Source: Paragordius varius (lineage: Eukaryota > Animalia > Nematomorpha). Taken from it: a stretch of 64,000 nucleotides of DNA. Below the pieces are notes generated by a model. That model was not told the DNA's origin, did no database searches, and was given only the letters and a program-made list of their open reading frames with translations. Where the stretch lies: the NCBI GenBank assembly GCA_964247055.1, contig OZ176055.1:3782001-3846000 (forward strand). The letters run 5' to 3'. How positions within the stretch are numbered: position 1 is the first letter of the stretch; every line of letters begins with the position of its first letter. Below, piece after piece: positions 22,501 through 35,907 of the stretch. Made by a program: the position numbers and the translations under genes.

Positions 22501-25500
22501 GGATCTTATTTTTACTTTTAAATAAAAATAAAATTAAAAAAAACATTTTTTTATAATTATCTAAAAATATAAATTTAATATATAATTTGGGAAAGAAAAG
22601 ATATTTTATGCAAAAATATAAAATCTAATAAATTAAATAATTTGAAAATATATAAAAAATATATTTTTTTAAAAAAAGGAATTTACTTCAACATCAGCTG
22701 TACGTTTTAATTTTTTGGCCACACGATACAGCTGATTATATGTCACGTGTGGCAAGTCATCAGGTGGTAGACCAACACGTGACCACCATTCTTTGATAGA
22801 CTTGACAGCTGGGAGCCACATGACATTAGTGCCTATTAATCATGTGTGTAGATGAATAATTGAATAAAATGTGATATATTTATTAATTTATTAAAACATT
22901 TACAGTTCAAATTCATCCTTGAACAATCAAATTAACCCTAATAATAATAAATTATGATTCGGACTAATATGACTCATCATTAATAAGAAATATGTAGTTA
23001 TGGCATAGTTTATTATTTTTCAGTAATAATTTATTTTTATTCATATTTTAATTTTTTAAAAAATATAGGTAATTTTTAATCTTAAAAAATACTTATTTTA
23101 GGGGAATTTGAGGTTTAAATGGTATCTTCTTTTACAAAATTTTAAAAGTATAAAAACATCTGATTAAAAAATGGCTTGTTAAAAAATTATATTAATTTAT
23201 AATTAATTTTTAATTAAATTTGAAATGGTTTAGCTCAAAAAAGTTTTTATGATTTTTAAAGATATATATTTAAGTAATCTTTCAAACATGTGTTATATAT
23301 ATAAAATTAGAATTTAATTAATTATTTATTAGTCTAAATATATTTTTATTCATAAATAAATTAATTTTTAATATTTAAAATTAAATAGATATATCAAAAA
23401 ATTAATTATTTTTCAAAAAAAAATAAATTTAAGTTATAAATATTTAAATTTAATATAATTAAAAAAAATTATTTAAATATATACTTTTGTTATTGCCATT
23501 TGTATGATTGGCCCATGGTATTTCATATAAAACATTTATTTCATTCTATTCAGGAAATATTAAGGAAAAAAATTTAAATTATTCATAAAATTTAATTTAT
23601 ATAAATTAAAAAAATATTATGTTAAAAAATAATATTTATTGAAATAGGAAAAGAGCAATTGTTTAAAATCGTATTATAAAGTATTTAATATTTTTTTTAT
23701 AATATTTTGATTATTATTTAAAAAAAATTATATCAATAAAGAAAAAAAACTTCAAAATTGAAATTAAAAATAAATAAATATAATAATTAAATATTTTATC
23801 TTCTACAACAATATATGTTAAACGCAAATATTTTTGATTAAAAATATCATTCAAAAAAAGAATTTAAAAATTTATTTATGAATTACTTATTTTTACATTT
23901 TTTATAAAAATAATAATTATCTATATTATTCAAAAAAAATTTGAAGATACTAACCTGAGATAGAATACTAGCTGATTGGCTTATTTCATTATTAGTTGCA
24001 CAAATTTCTTGATTATTGCGCACATAAGAATTATTTCGATTATTATAGTTAGTTACATTAATTTCTTCAATATTACGCACACTAAATTCTTCATGATTAG
24101 ATACACCTATTCCATTATTAGTCACACTAAATTCGTCATTGTTACGTACATAGGTATTTTGATTATTATAATGTGTTACATTGAATTCGTCATTAGTAGT
24201 TACATTGATTCCATTATTATTGGGAATATTATTGATAAGCAGAGATGAATTTATATTTTGATTCGTATTGTGTGCATATGTATAATCAAGATTTAAATTT
24301 GAATTTAATTGCTGAGTCCTTCTCGACAATGAATATCTATCATTATTGTTACTAATATTAATATTGTTAGTTACATAATTATCATTATTAGTTATGTAAC
24401 TATTTTGTTCATTATTGATAGTTACATTATTCATAGGATTGTTTATATTCGATGTATTATATCTTACACCAATACGATTGAGATGATCCAAACCATATTG
24501 AACTATGGACGAACTTAGAGTTGTTGGCACCGCTGACGTATTACTGAAATCGGCAGCTGATCTAGACAGCTGATTTTGTGTAACAACGGATGAATGTTGT
24601 TGTCTAGCATTATACAGATACGGCAAAATAGGTATTTTCTTAACGAGTGTTAAATGTAACCGAACCGGAAGAGTGCTAGGCATTACGGTGATCAGCTGAT
24701 GTTTGTCTTTTTTATTGTTTTTTTGAAGTTTACGTTGGGACTTTTTTGCACCTTTCTTCTTTTCGTGTTTTTTGGAATGCTTGAAATGTTTAGATGTGCT
24801 TCCGTGCTGTTTATGATATGTTGTTTTGTCAAAATTAATTTTATGGAAAGAGTTTGTGGATGATTCCAAATTATGTTCATCATTCGCTTTTTTCTCGATA
24901 TTATTGTTTTTGTTATTAATATCAACATAATTATCAATTATCTCTTTATTAATATTGGTAGTTGTAACATCAAATGTGCCATTTACTATTTCCATATCCG
25001 ATTGAAAAGGGCGTTTATTAGCCCTTACTATATTCTTATCATCATTAATAATTACATAACTTTTCTCATTTTTGCTTATATTAATTGGCTCATCAATAGT
25101 TTTAATTCCATCATTAATCGTTGTTGTGTTAATCTCATCATTAATATTGTTTGCAACATTCAAAAAATTACTTAAAGACCAATCACCACCAACATTCCCG
25201 CCAAAACTTTCACTGTTTGAAACAGCTGATTCTCCGATCTCATTCTTGGTTAAATTTTTGATCTTGGAAATAGCTGATTCACTGTTCTCATTATTAGTTA
25301 AATGACAAATTTTATCATTGGGAACAGCTGATTTCTTATCTGATTCGTTATTAATTACACTGGAAATAGCTAATTCGCTGTTTAGTTTTTTGGGGACATT
25401 AATTTTTTCATTATTATTATTATTAATTTTATTAATTAAATTATTTTTGTGGTCGTTTTTTCCAGAAATAGAAGCATTAATAACTTTCTAAACAAAAAAT

Positions 25501-28500
25501 TTTAAATTACCTATTAATTTGAAATAATAAAAAATATAAAAATAATATATAATTGGATTTTGTTTCAAATTATTTTAACAAAGACTAATGCATTTTACAA
25601 AATTATTCATTTTTTAAATATTGGATTTTTTTAAATCATTTATGTATAAATAAATTTTAAAATTATTATAATATTATATATATAATTAAAATAAAAAATT
25701 AAAATATTTTAAAAAGTTATATGGACGTTTTTGTACAAATAAATATTTTTATGAAAATTAAAAAAAAATATTCTAAATTTTACAAAATTAATAATTTATT
25801 AATTAAAGCTTTTTTTAACATATAAATCATTTCAATATATAAAATACTTTATTTTCTGGCGGACAAATTTTTGGGATGATTGGAGGAAGCACAAATAATT
25901 TCTAAAATAAAAAAATAATATAATTAAAATATATAAATAATATAAAATTATAACAAGTTAAAATTTATTTAAACGAATATATTTTAAATTAATGCAGTAT
26001 TTAGAGTATTTATTAAACAAAAAATAAAACAAAACAATATTACAAAATTGATTATTTTTATTTAAAAATCTAATATCTACATAAAAAAGATATAAAATAT
26101 ATTAAATTCAAAAATAATTTAATCATAAAACTAATTAATACCCCAATAATGCAGGAAAAAATTGGTTTTGGTGGAATCTAAAAAAAAATAAATATTTAAA
26201 ATATAAAAACCCAACATATTTTATTCAAAAAATAAAAAATAATTTAAATATATTAAAAAATATAACGAACCGAAAATCATTTTAAAATTAATTAAACTAA
26301 TTATAGATAAAAAATTTTTGATATTAAATTTTCTAAAAAAATATTAATTATTAAAATATTTTAGTATATTGTATGAATAATAAAATATTTAATATCACTA
26401 GACAACAAATTTTGTTTTTTAGCAGACATTCTTATAAATTGTATCAAAGTACATAAATAGTATATCTGAAAAAAATTGGCCTAGCACTTAAAAATTCTTT
26501 TTTATTAGGGTTCTCATGGATAATTTTTGGCCCCGATTTAAAATTAAACTCAAAATTTTCAAAACCATGATTTGATTCGAAAGAGCGAAAAAATTGTTTC
26601 TTTAAAATGGTAGTTGGTCATTTAAATAAATCTAATGTAAAAATTATTTGTCTTTATATGGTCAAAATTTTCAATTCTAAAATAGATAAAAAAAATCACA
26701 AACTAATTAAAAAACCATATAAATTATTTTTGTGTAATTACTAGGGTACCATTAGAAAAAAATTAAAAAAAATCTTTAAAAAAGCTTTTGGCTTGCTTTT
26801 TTAATAATAAATTTATCAAAATTATTTTACCTAGTGGATACTGAAATACATAATAACTTATATAATAGTTATATTAGATCGAAAATACCTTAACTATATT
26901 CTTAGTCTTTAAAATTTTAGAATTATAAGCCTTCTAAATAAAATTAATTAATATTTATGAAGTGGTATTTTTTGAAAAACAAAACTTAAAAATGGTTGTT
27001 TTGAATGAAAAAGCATAAATAAGTGTTCTAATCCAAAAAACTTTCTTGTGTTAACAATTGCCATCTAGACAAGGTTTGAGCTATTTTCATCAATTAGTTT
27101 TAAAAACAAATTAATTAAGATAAACGCTCTCGCTTCCTATCTCCAATATTGATGTAAAACATATAGTAATTTGATAAAGTTTTTATCACTCTTTTGAATG
27201 ATATATTACAAATGGCATTTGATTTTTAAAGAAAAACATTTATTATTATAATTTTAATAAAGATGGCGCATAAAAAAATATAATTCTTAAGTGTAAATAT
27301 CATTTTTATTTCAAATCTACTGATAGAATTATAGTAAATACCAAAAAATGCAAAAAACTCGAGTGGCAGAAAAATTTGTCTAGTGTAATAATTTAAAGAT
27401 AAATAACATAAATTTTATCAAATAACGTGTATAAATTATTATGGAAAAAATTCAAAAATCTTTAAGATAAAAAACTGAATACAGATAATGCAGATTATTT
27501 AAAATAATTATTAATATAAAAAAAATTTTTCAACAATTTTTCGAAAAATCATATTTACAAATTAATTATAGCACAAAAAATTTACTTGTTTAAATAATAA
27601 ATGCCGATTAATATCGTTTTGATTTTTTCCTTTTTTAGCGTCATTATCTTGGATATTACATTTTCGATTATCTTCTTTAGTTGCCACGGTAACCGATTTA
27701 TCAGCAGTTGTTTTAGAACCGGTAATTAGTGTAGCTGTCGAATTTTTATTAACCTCTGTGGTCACCATGGTAACCGTTGAATCAGCTGTTTTAGCATTAC
27801 CACCTTTTGTTTTCACGATAAAGTCGGAAGATACTGATTTTTTTATATTATCAGATGTTGTGAAACCGTCCTTTGTCGTTACCATAGGAATGCCGTTAAA
27901 CTTTTTTCTTTTGATACCAGCGGCATTATCAGCTGACACTGCGGTGGCGAATAACTTTTCAAGCACTGGTTTAAAATCATTAAAATCTCCAAGGGTTTGT
28001 TTTATGAGCCGTTGAGTTTCATCCATTTCACATGGAAGAATCTAGAAAGAAAATTAAAAAAATATAAAGGTGTTGTTTGTTATCTAAAAATGTAAAAATA
28101 AATTTTTCTATATATAAATTAAGTTTTACGTACAATTGTGAAAAATTAAATAATCAATGGCTGATCAAAACAGCTTTAATATTTTTGTATATATTAATTA
28201 TAAATCTAGAAGGATATTAAAACACAAATTAAAAAAATGTTGAATATTAATAAAGACGTATGAATAATAATTTTTTCCTAAGGGAGAAATATATGATCAG
28301 CTGTGTTAAAAACATTAATGTTTATGGCAAAAGAAGAAAGGGGTGACCACTCTTTTCTTATAATATAATAATATAGAAATGGACTTGAATCAAAATAGCC
28401 TTACGACAAAGCAATGTAAAGATCGTAAGTTATGACTAAAATTACTTCGTGGCTAGAAAACCCCGAATCTGGAGTTCTGAACCTTACAATGCATATTTAC

Positions 28501-30139
28501 ATATATATATATATGTGAAATAATTTTTTGTATAACCTTAACAGGCGCACCGAAAATAGGTGTATCAGCTGTTGTCGTCGTTTTTGTCACTAAACCATCA
28601 GCTGATTCAACTGTTGCTAAATCAGCTGGTTTCTTTTTATATAAAGGCACATTTAATTTAATACTATTGCTTTCATTATTATTATTAATATTGCAATTTT
28701 GATGACTCATATTTATTATTGCCGCTGCTGCAACATTCTTTTTGTTTGAGGTCAGCTGATGATCTGGAAACAGCTGATTAATATCACAGCTGTTGTTTAA
28801 ATGATGACTATCAGAATCTATGTATTAATAAAAAAATAAACTTTATTATAGTATGATAACGAACTAACTTATGTGCTAAGATAAATAAGTTTTATATTAA
28901 AAATCTATAAAATTCTTTCTTTCTTTGAAATTCACCCTAGAATAAACAAATTAACCGTAAAATAAGTTGCATAGTTATATTTTAATAAATATGTGAAGTC
29001 CCGTTTTAAATTGACATATAAAAAAATACTCCAGGGATATACAACACGCTTTTTTAGCTGGGCAAAAAGGTGCCCTAAAAATGTTAAAAAAATAAAAAAT
29101 TGGATATTAATTAAAAATTTATAATTTATTATCTCTATTTTGCAATTTTAAGCAATGAAATATTATTAAAAAATCAAGACATAAAATATGTTTTTTTAAA
29201 AAATATTTGTATAATATTTTTACATATTGTCCGTATAATTTCAGTTTTTACTAAAAATATATTTAACATTCCTGTATTAGACTATTTATGCCCCATAAAG
29301 ACAAATTTCATTATAAGGAATGATGAGTAAGTTATATCACCAAAATCACTTATTTATTTTTAGAGCGGTGAATAATTAGCCAAAAAATTGTTTATATATA
29401 TATTATTTACAAGTTTTTTTGATAAGAACGAGTTTGTTCAAAAAAATTTAAAATTCAGTTTATTAAATCAATTAATATAAAAGTTAATACCACTAAAAGA
29501 TGTAGAAGAAAAATAATTACTGGAATGTTGATCAGCTGTTGGTTGCCGGTAGTAATCACCGTTGCCATTAGCAACTGCAACAATGACGTCATCGCCGACA
29601 CGTGATGAAAGCTCCCCCAACCGTGATTGGTGATTGGCAACACGTTGTTTCCGTGCCAGCTGATCCCGAAGTTTGAGTTCCTTGATCGAAAGATTGCCAG
29701 CAGATGATGCAGCGGTTAAAGGTGAAGCGTCAAAGACCTTATTTGTAATCAGAATTGTCGGTTGTTGATTAGTAGATGAGTTTTTTAAATTATTTGTATT
29801 ACTCCTATCATAATTACAAGAATCAGCTGGTCCCGCAAGTTTGCGCAGGCCATCACTTTTCATCGCGCTTATAACACAAGTTATTTGCTTGGTTGATGAA
29901 TTATGCGACGGTTTAATATTTCTATTTCCGATGACGTCATTTTGGTTGCTACCAATGCTATTGTTTTTGTGTTTTGGGTCGACAACCATATGATTGTTGT
30001 TTCCAATGGTGTTATTGTTGTTTGCGACGGCAAGATTTTTTTTATTTCCGGTGACGTCATGGTTGCTAACGGCAACGCCACCATTTGTTGACGACCCGTC
30101 GGGGAAAAAAGGTAAGAAGTGTTGCGCATTAATATTCAT
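19513..30139 (-). CDS. AFF4: AF4/FMR2-family super-elongation-complex scaffold (AFF1-4/lilliputian), 13 exons, ~1356 aa
   Basis: complement(join 19513..19748, 20337..20583, 20704..20845, 21107..21199, 21849..21985, 22687..22832, 23485..23545, 23955..25487, 25848..25901, 26142..26177, 27586..28041, 28537..28817, 29491..30139), 4071 nt, all phases consistent. PIFGAPVKILPCEMDETQRLIKQTLGDFND resembles the cyclin-T1-binding segment; WSLSNFL; LPVRLHLTLVKKIP resembles the AF9/ENL-binding motif; AKKLKRTAD...YIDAITYF..IYSDT is the C-terminal homology domain. Last-exon stop is less certain; the symbol denotes the family, not a specific paralog. Confidence 0.85.
22310..22500 (-). pseudogene. Unidentified protein-coding fragment inside AFF intron 8, homologous to ~56440-56660 (+)
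   Basis: Shared nucleotide blocks (aaactggccttt..gt.agcgcattt...tg.ccc.gccaacac..gg..ggt.gcaataggactttgttg) and shared frame EVI.F.NI....RFF.*..P.C..NDF..Y.KLAF.VSAF.CP.QH.G.VAIGLC. Confidence 0.5.
22898..23110. mobile_element. Degraded second copy of the 21-bp-unit foldback MITE
   Basis: catttacagttcaaattcatccttgaacaatcaaattaaccct followed by ...aaattatgattcggactaatatgactcatcattaat matches the reverse complement of 5680-5832. Confidence 0.65.
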
Positions 30140-31811
30140 TTTTTAGTATTTGTTATTTTGTGATTATATTCATTTCAAAACGTTAAAATATATTTTGGAC
30201 AATGCTAATGATGTTATGTAATCAACTGATTATATATTGAGCAATTGCAAGGAAATTGTTTATCAAAGGGTTGGATTTATTTTTTGGGATGAAATCTAAA
30301 AATAAATAATATTTAAATATTTTCATTTATATTAAAAAAGAGATTTATGGCCATGTGAATGAGCCTATTGAGCCAACTCCTTCACATGGAAAAGTAATCC
30401 AGGTGAGTGAAATAAAATTTTATATATGTATATCGAAGGTTAAAAAAATTTGAACATGTATCCAAAATTATTTTTCAAGCAAGCGTGTAATGGAGTTTAT
30501 AATTTTCTGTCTTGTATATATATATATTTAGCGTTTTCTAATGAAATTAAAGTTTGGCAGCATTTAAATGAACATTCTAATCTTCTGCAAGTTTATAGAC
30601 ACGAATCAACAAACAAGATTATATAGAGGACTTTGTCATGCATATACTTTCAATCTATATTAGGTATTGTATTGCTGATTTTTTTCAGAAAAATGGATAC
30701 ATATTTAACAATTTTATTCCCATCAAATAAGAAACAGGCCATTCATTTAAATTTTAAAACAGGTTGTTAAAACTGTAATTTTTAGGTTTGCTAAGGAGAA
30801 TATATATATATTCAATATGAAGCTCTAATAAAATAAATAACATTTGTATCTTATTTTCAAAATCTATGTGCTATAATACATTTTCAATATTGTTTTTGTT
30901 TTGGTGGGTCTGTTAAGAAATTTAATAGTGTAAATACAGTTTAAAAACAAAAATTGAAAATTATATTATATATACACTGGATTTCCAAAGATGTTTTGAG
31001 CAAATTATGACTGTTATTGAAACATTAATCATTAGCAGGTTCTGAAAAATTATATGATATACTTATGTATAGGCAAGATGATATTAATCTCTTGAAAGGT
31101 GATTAGTATAATGAATAGGAGTTATTATGTAACATTTTAAAAGAAAATTGATTCCATGAGTAATGTCAAGCTTTCTTCTGATGCATGACATTTTTTTGTC
31201 TGTGCTTTAAGTGTTTTTACCCTATATCCGTTATTTATTAACTCGTAATTTTCGAAAAAATTTCGCCCTTATCATATTTATTCATTGTATTTGAAAAGGG
31301 ATTGTTATTTATAAATAATTTTAAAAATTCTCAATAAAACCCACGAATAGATGCCGAGAAGTGTTATACATATTCATTATAACTTGCTTTCTAAATAAAT
31401 CTAAATTGCCGCCTTAAAAATCTCATTCACCTCCCTTAAACATATTTTTCTTCATAAGCCATATGTGAATGAGCCAATTTTTTAGATCATTCACATGACC
31501 CTTGGATTTACAGGGGAACAAAACCAGCTAAAATCTTAAAACATTAATTATTGTGATAATTTTTATAAACTTTATCAAAATAAATAAATAAGGTAGTATA
31601 ATATTATGTAAATATTAAAATTTGGGAAAGTAAATAATGGAGGATGATTTTGTTTTTCAAATTTTTTGCATACAACAAAGATTTATGCGTTGTGAATAAA
31701 ACACAAAAATGGTAAAATGTTTCATAATTTTGAAGGCAAAATTATTAAATAAGGTATAAATGTATAATTTTAGCTATAACAGGATAGTGACATTAACCTG
31801 TCTAATTGATT

Positions 31812-31847
<36 letters not shown>

Positions 31848-32624
31848 CACTTGGCATTTCATTTGAGATGCTTGAAAAACTTGATACAATGCAAAAAATC
31901 GTAAATCATTTTTATTCAATACTTTTATAATAATTATCATTTCTAGTAGTTAATTACTTAAAACCCTGATATATTTATTTGAAAAACCGAGTTACAAAAA
32001 ATTTATATTAAAATAACCTGATTGTGAGTTTTTGAATGGAATAGAAAATATAAATATATCAATACAAATTAAATAAATGATTTATTTTTGGTTGGAAAAA
32101 AATGTTGATATCCAAAAAAGCAGGCGATAAATAATCAAACATATGGTAGTTAACAGACAAGACTACATCACGAGGAAAATATTTTTTATAAAATTTAAAC
32201 TTCACCTTATCAATTGGTTCCAGTTTACATGTTAGGATCTACAGTTTGGAAGGTTATTTTAGTGAAAATTTCTCTATGTGTTATATAAAAATGCTACTTT
32301 TTATAGTTTTGTAACTTTAACTTCTAGCGTCAAAAATTAGGACAGCAACTATTAAGTGAAATCAAAATATGTTAAATTTTTGTTGGTAAATCTAGCGTGA
32401 AAGCTTTTTAGAATTGATATATATTTTTAACTATATATGCATTAATTTGCCTTCCGTATTAGGTTTATAGAAAAAAATCTAAGCGAAAATGTTTAAGATG
32501 TCTTAACAATTTTACTACTTTTTAAAAAATTTAATTCGTAAAAGGCTAAAGAAAGCATATTCTTGAATTCCGCTTGTGGGATATGAAAATACTAAAATTC
32601 ACCATTAATAAAAGACTATATTAA

Positions 32625-33737
32625 CACTTTGATACTACACATTCATTTCAGTCCTTCGATACAAAATGGGGTAATCGGATACCCCAGACAGCAAAAAATA
32701 TACTAAACACCTATTATAAAGTTCTATCGATTAATTTAAATTTATTAATCCCTAATTAATTAAATGTTATAGGAAATTTACATTTTAATTCAAGTCTATA
32801 AATGTTCAGACAATCGAATTACAAATATCCATTATTTTTATTTAGCATAGAAAGAAATATTTTCTAAATTTTTTTAATCTATAGGCTTGACATATATTTG
32901 TATATTCTTATAAAAGATATTTGACAGTTACAATAAAATTAGTCTTATAAATTTTGTAAAGAGATTTCTTAAATTAAAAACATTCCACTAACTCCTGAAG
33001 TAAATTTTATATATAGGATAACTATACAATAGTATTAACACTTCGATTTAATTTTATCTAACCAGATTAAATTTGAGTTAGGATTTTTAAAAAACTACTG
33101 AAGGAAACGGTCCCAATTTAAATTTATGCTTCTATCCTAATAAAAATTATATAAATATGCCATAATATTTAAATGAAATTTTGTTTTTAAAAAAAGTCCG
33201 AAGTCAAACTACTTCGCCGCCATTTTTATTTTACTAAATTTTTGCAAAATATCGTCTTGATTTAATTTTAAGGGTAGAATTAAAGCTAAATTTTTATTTA
33301 AATTACATCTAACATTGATAGAAATAGAAAAAGCGGTTTATTTTGTATCAAGGTGTATCAAGAAAAGGGTGTAGCAGACCCATGTCGCCACTGTCCACAA
33401 AAGACGTCCCTTGCTGTCCTTCTATACACCAAATGGTGGTTCAGTGACAGCCGTCTAGTAGCGTTGGGGGTGGGGTATATTTCGAATTTTACCATTGCAC
33501 ACATGTCACATTCACTAAATTTTTACCTTTCGGTTTTAGCTTAAAATATATAATATCAAGTATTTTTGAATACAATTTTTTATATATTTCGGTTTATTAA
33601 TGTTATATAAGCGCGAAATATTGCCATGGTTTCGATTCCTTCTATATTTTAAAAGAATTTAGTTTTAAACAGGCCTGGGGTATTTAACTACCCCAATTTG
33701 AATCGAAGGACTAAAATGACTGTGTTGTATCCAAGTG
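32625..33737. mobile_element. piggyBac-like non-autonomous element (~1.1 kb)
   Basis: TTAA at both flanks (32621-32624, 33738-33741). ~65-bp imperfect TIRs (cactttgatactacacattcatttcagtccttcgatacaaaatggggt... vs reverse complement of ...accccaatttgaatcgaaggactaaaatgactgtgttgtatccaagtg). Related TIR fragment at ~37220-37254. Confidence 0.75.
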
Positions 33738-34688
33738 TTAATGAAAGAAACAGAATCAGATGTCAACAGATCAATTAAATTTATTAAAATCTTGATTTCT
33801 CAGAATATTTCTAGGGAATCGTTTAATATTTGATGCTTTATATCTAATTATGCATCTTTATTCATACTTTGATCTTTCAAAATCAAATTTGCTTTTTGCT
33901 TTTTGGAAGTAAATCGTTTAATATTTTGATCAGTAAAACTCAAACCGCGGCTGGTGCATCTCTATTTTAATGCCATGAATTATTAAATTATTTTTTGTGA
34001 TTGTTTAAAGCAATTTTTCTCAATTTTAAACCTTTTCTCAAAATTTATGTGGTTTTGATTATACGCATCTCTTGAGATTCGATTCAAATGTGTTGAAGTT
34101 ACCCTTGTTGTTTTGTCTCAAGTTGCATCAAGGCATATTAAAATAAAATTATTTTGAAACACATAGATGACTTGGCCTGTTATGATAATCAAATTTGTCA
34201 AAATTGGTTAATATTAAATGTTATATGTTATTAATTAAAATAAATAATGATTATCGGTATATTGTGGCCATAGATAAAATATATTTTATTTGGCCGGTTA
34301 ATTTTGGTGAGTATTTAGGATTGTTCGATGGATAATCACAACGGATTCCGATTTAGCATAGATCGGTAAACATATTAATGAAATTAAATTTCCAAATAAT
34401 TTATTTATATTATTTTCATAGTTTATGCAAACAATTCCAGAGGATCTAGCTCAACACATATTAGATATAAATTTAGCTCATAATAAAACATTATGAAGAA
34501 AACAACAAGAAACGCTCCTTTGGGAACACCTCTTCAATCAACAATGAACATAGTTTAAATCATGGATTTGAATATGTGCTCAAGTTCAGAAAAAATTGAT
34601 TATCAAACATGTTATTTATTCTGCGAATACTCATTAAACGTTTTATATAAACAAAAAATCAATAATAAAAATTATTATTGCAATAAAT

Positions 34689-35907
34689 CAGGGCTTCTTA
34701 AACTAAAATGACCAGATCGGCTGTGTTTCGCAGTACAGTACTGGGTTTTCGGAAAAAAACCGCGCCTGTACTGTGCTACTTTTGTATTGCTTTTTGAAAC
34801 AAAATTTTTTTTATAAATGTTTAACTACCTTTTATTTATACAATTTTTTTTGTAGAATTTGATAAAGTACCCTTTGTTAAAATAAAAATAAAAGATTCCT
34901 TTTGCGGTTAAAAAAACTATGGTTTTTTTAATTAGAATATTTTATTTTCTGCTCTAATTATACATAGAATTGGGTTTTGGACCGGTCAAATCGCTTATGA
35001 AGGCATCTATTCGCGCAGTGGCGGAACCATAAATATCAGACTTCAGATCTAGGCTAATGGCCCTTTCACTCAGGGAATCCGCAAAAGCGATCTCAAATTT
35101 AAAATAAACACAAAATAAATTTATGTATTTGTAATTTGATCAAGTTTTTAAAATCCAGACATATTAATATTATTATATATCCTAACATATGATATAATTA
35201 TGCGTACATACATTTATATTAAATTTTTAATAAATTTATTATTTGGATATTTTTAATTGTTTCTAATGGGCTTTTATAACGAACAATATCATTTAATATA
35301 ACACATCGAAAATTTGGTGTAAAAATAGGCAAAGTATGTTTTAATTTTGTACTGCGCGTCAGGGTTTTAAATATCTGGAAACATTTTAAACTTTTGTAAT
35401 TCCCGACCCCATTTATGATTGCGAGTTTCTTAATGACCCCAACAAATATAAAAGAAAAATAAATTAATATTTTTTGATGATATATTTATTAGGTAACAAT
35501 ATGCACATGCATACAAAAATATATAAATTTAGAATTCATTTTGAAACATATCAAAATCTAAAATTGAAATTTGCACAAAATATTATAGAAATGTTTTTGT
35601 AGTTTCTTCGAAATAACACTTACAAATTTTGTTGATATTTATCAGGATTATTTCGGTTTTAAGAGGTTGACAAAAATAAATTTACATTTTTATAAATTTC
35701 TATAACATCTGCTGATTTAAAGTAAATTTATATTTCCGAACCAGAAGATTTTATATATATTTATCCACGATGATTGTTATTTTCTTTATAACAATAATTT
35801 TACAAGTTAAAAAGTTTTTTTGTTAAATCGTATTTTTATCACTCGCGACCACATAATTTTGCTAGCGACCCCATTTGGGGTCGCGACTCATAGTTTAAGA
35901 AGCCCCT
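34689..35907. mobile_element. hAT non-autonomous element (~1.2 kb)
   Basis: TIR CAGGGCTTCTTAAACT / AGTTTAAGAAGCCCCT, perfect 8-bp TSD CAATAAAT (34681-34688 and 35908-35915), and subterminal gcgacccc-atttg-gggtcgc hairpin. Confidence 0.88.

Noticed and set aside
23976-30129. Overlapping or antisense ORFs across AFF (23976, 24692, 24873, 25072, 27758, 29455, 29881, 29903)
   Set aside because: Shadows of Asn-rich low-complexity coding exons; hydrophobic I/V/L-rich translations with no independent support.
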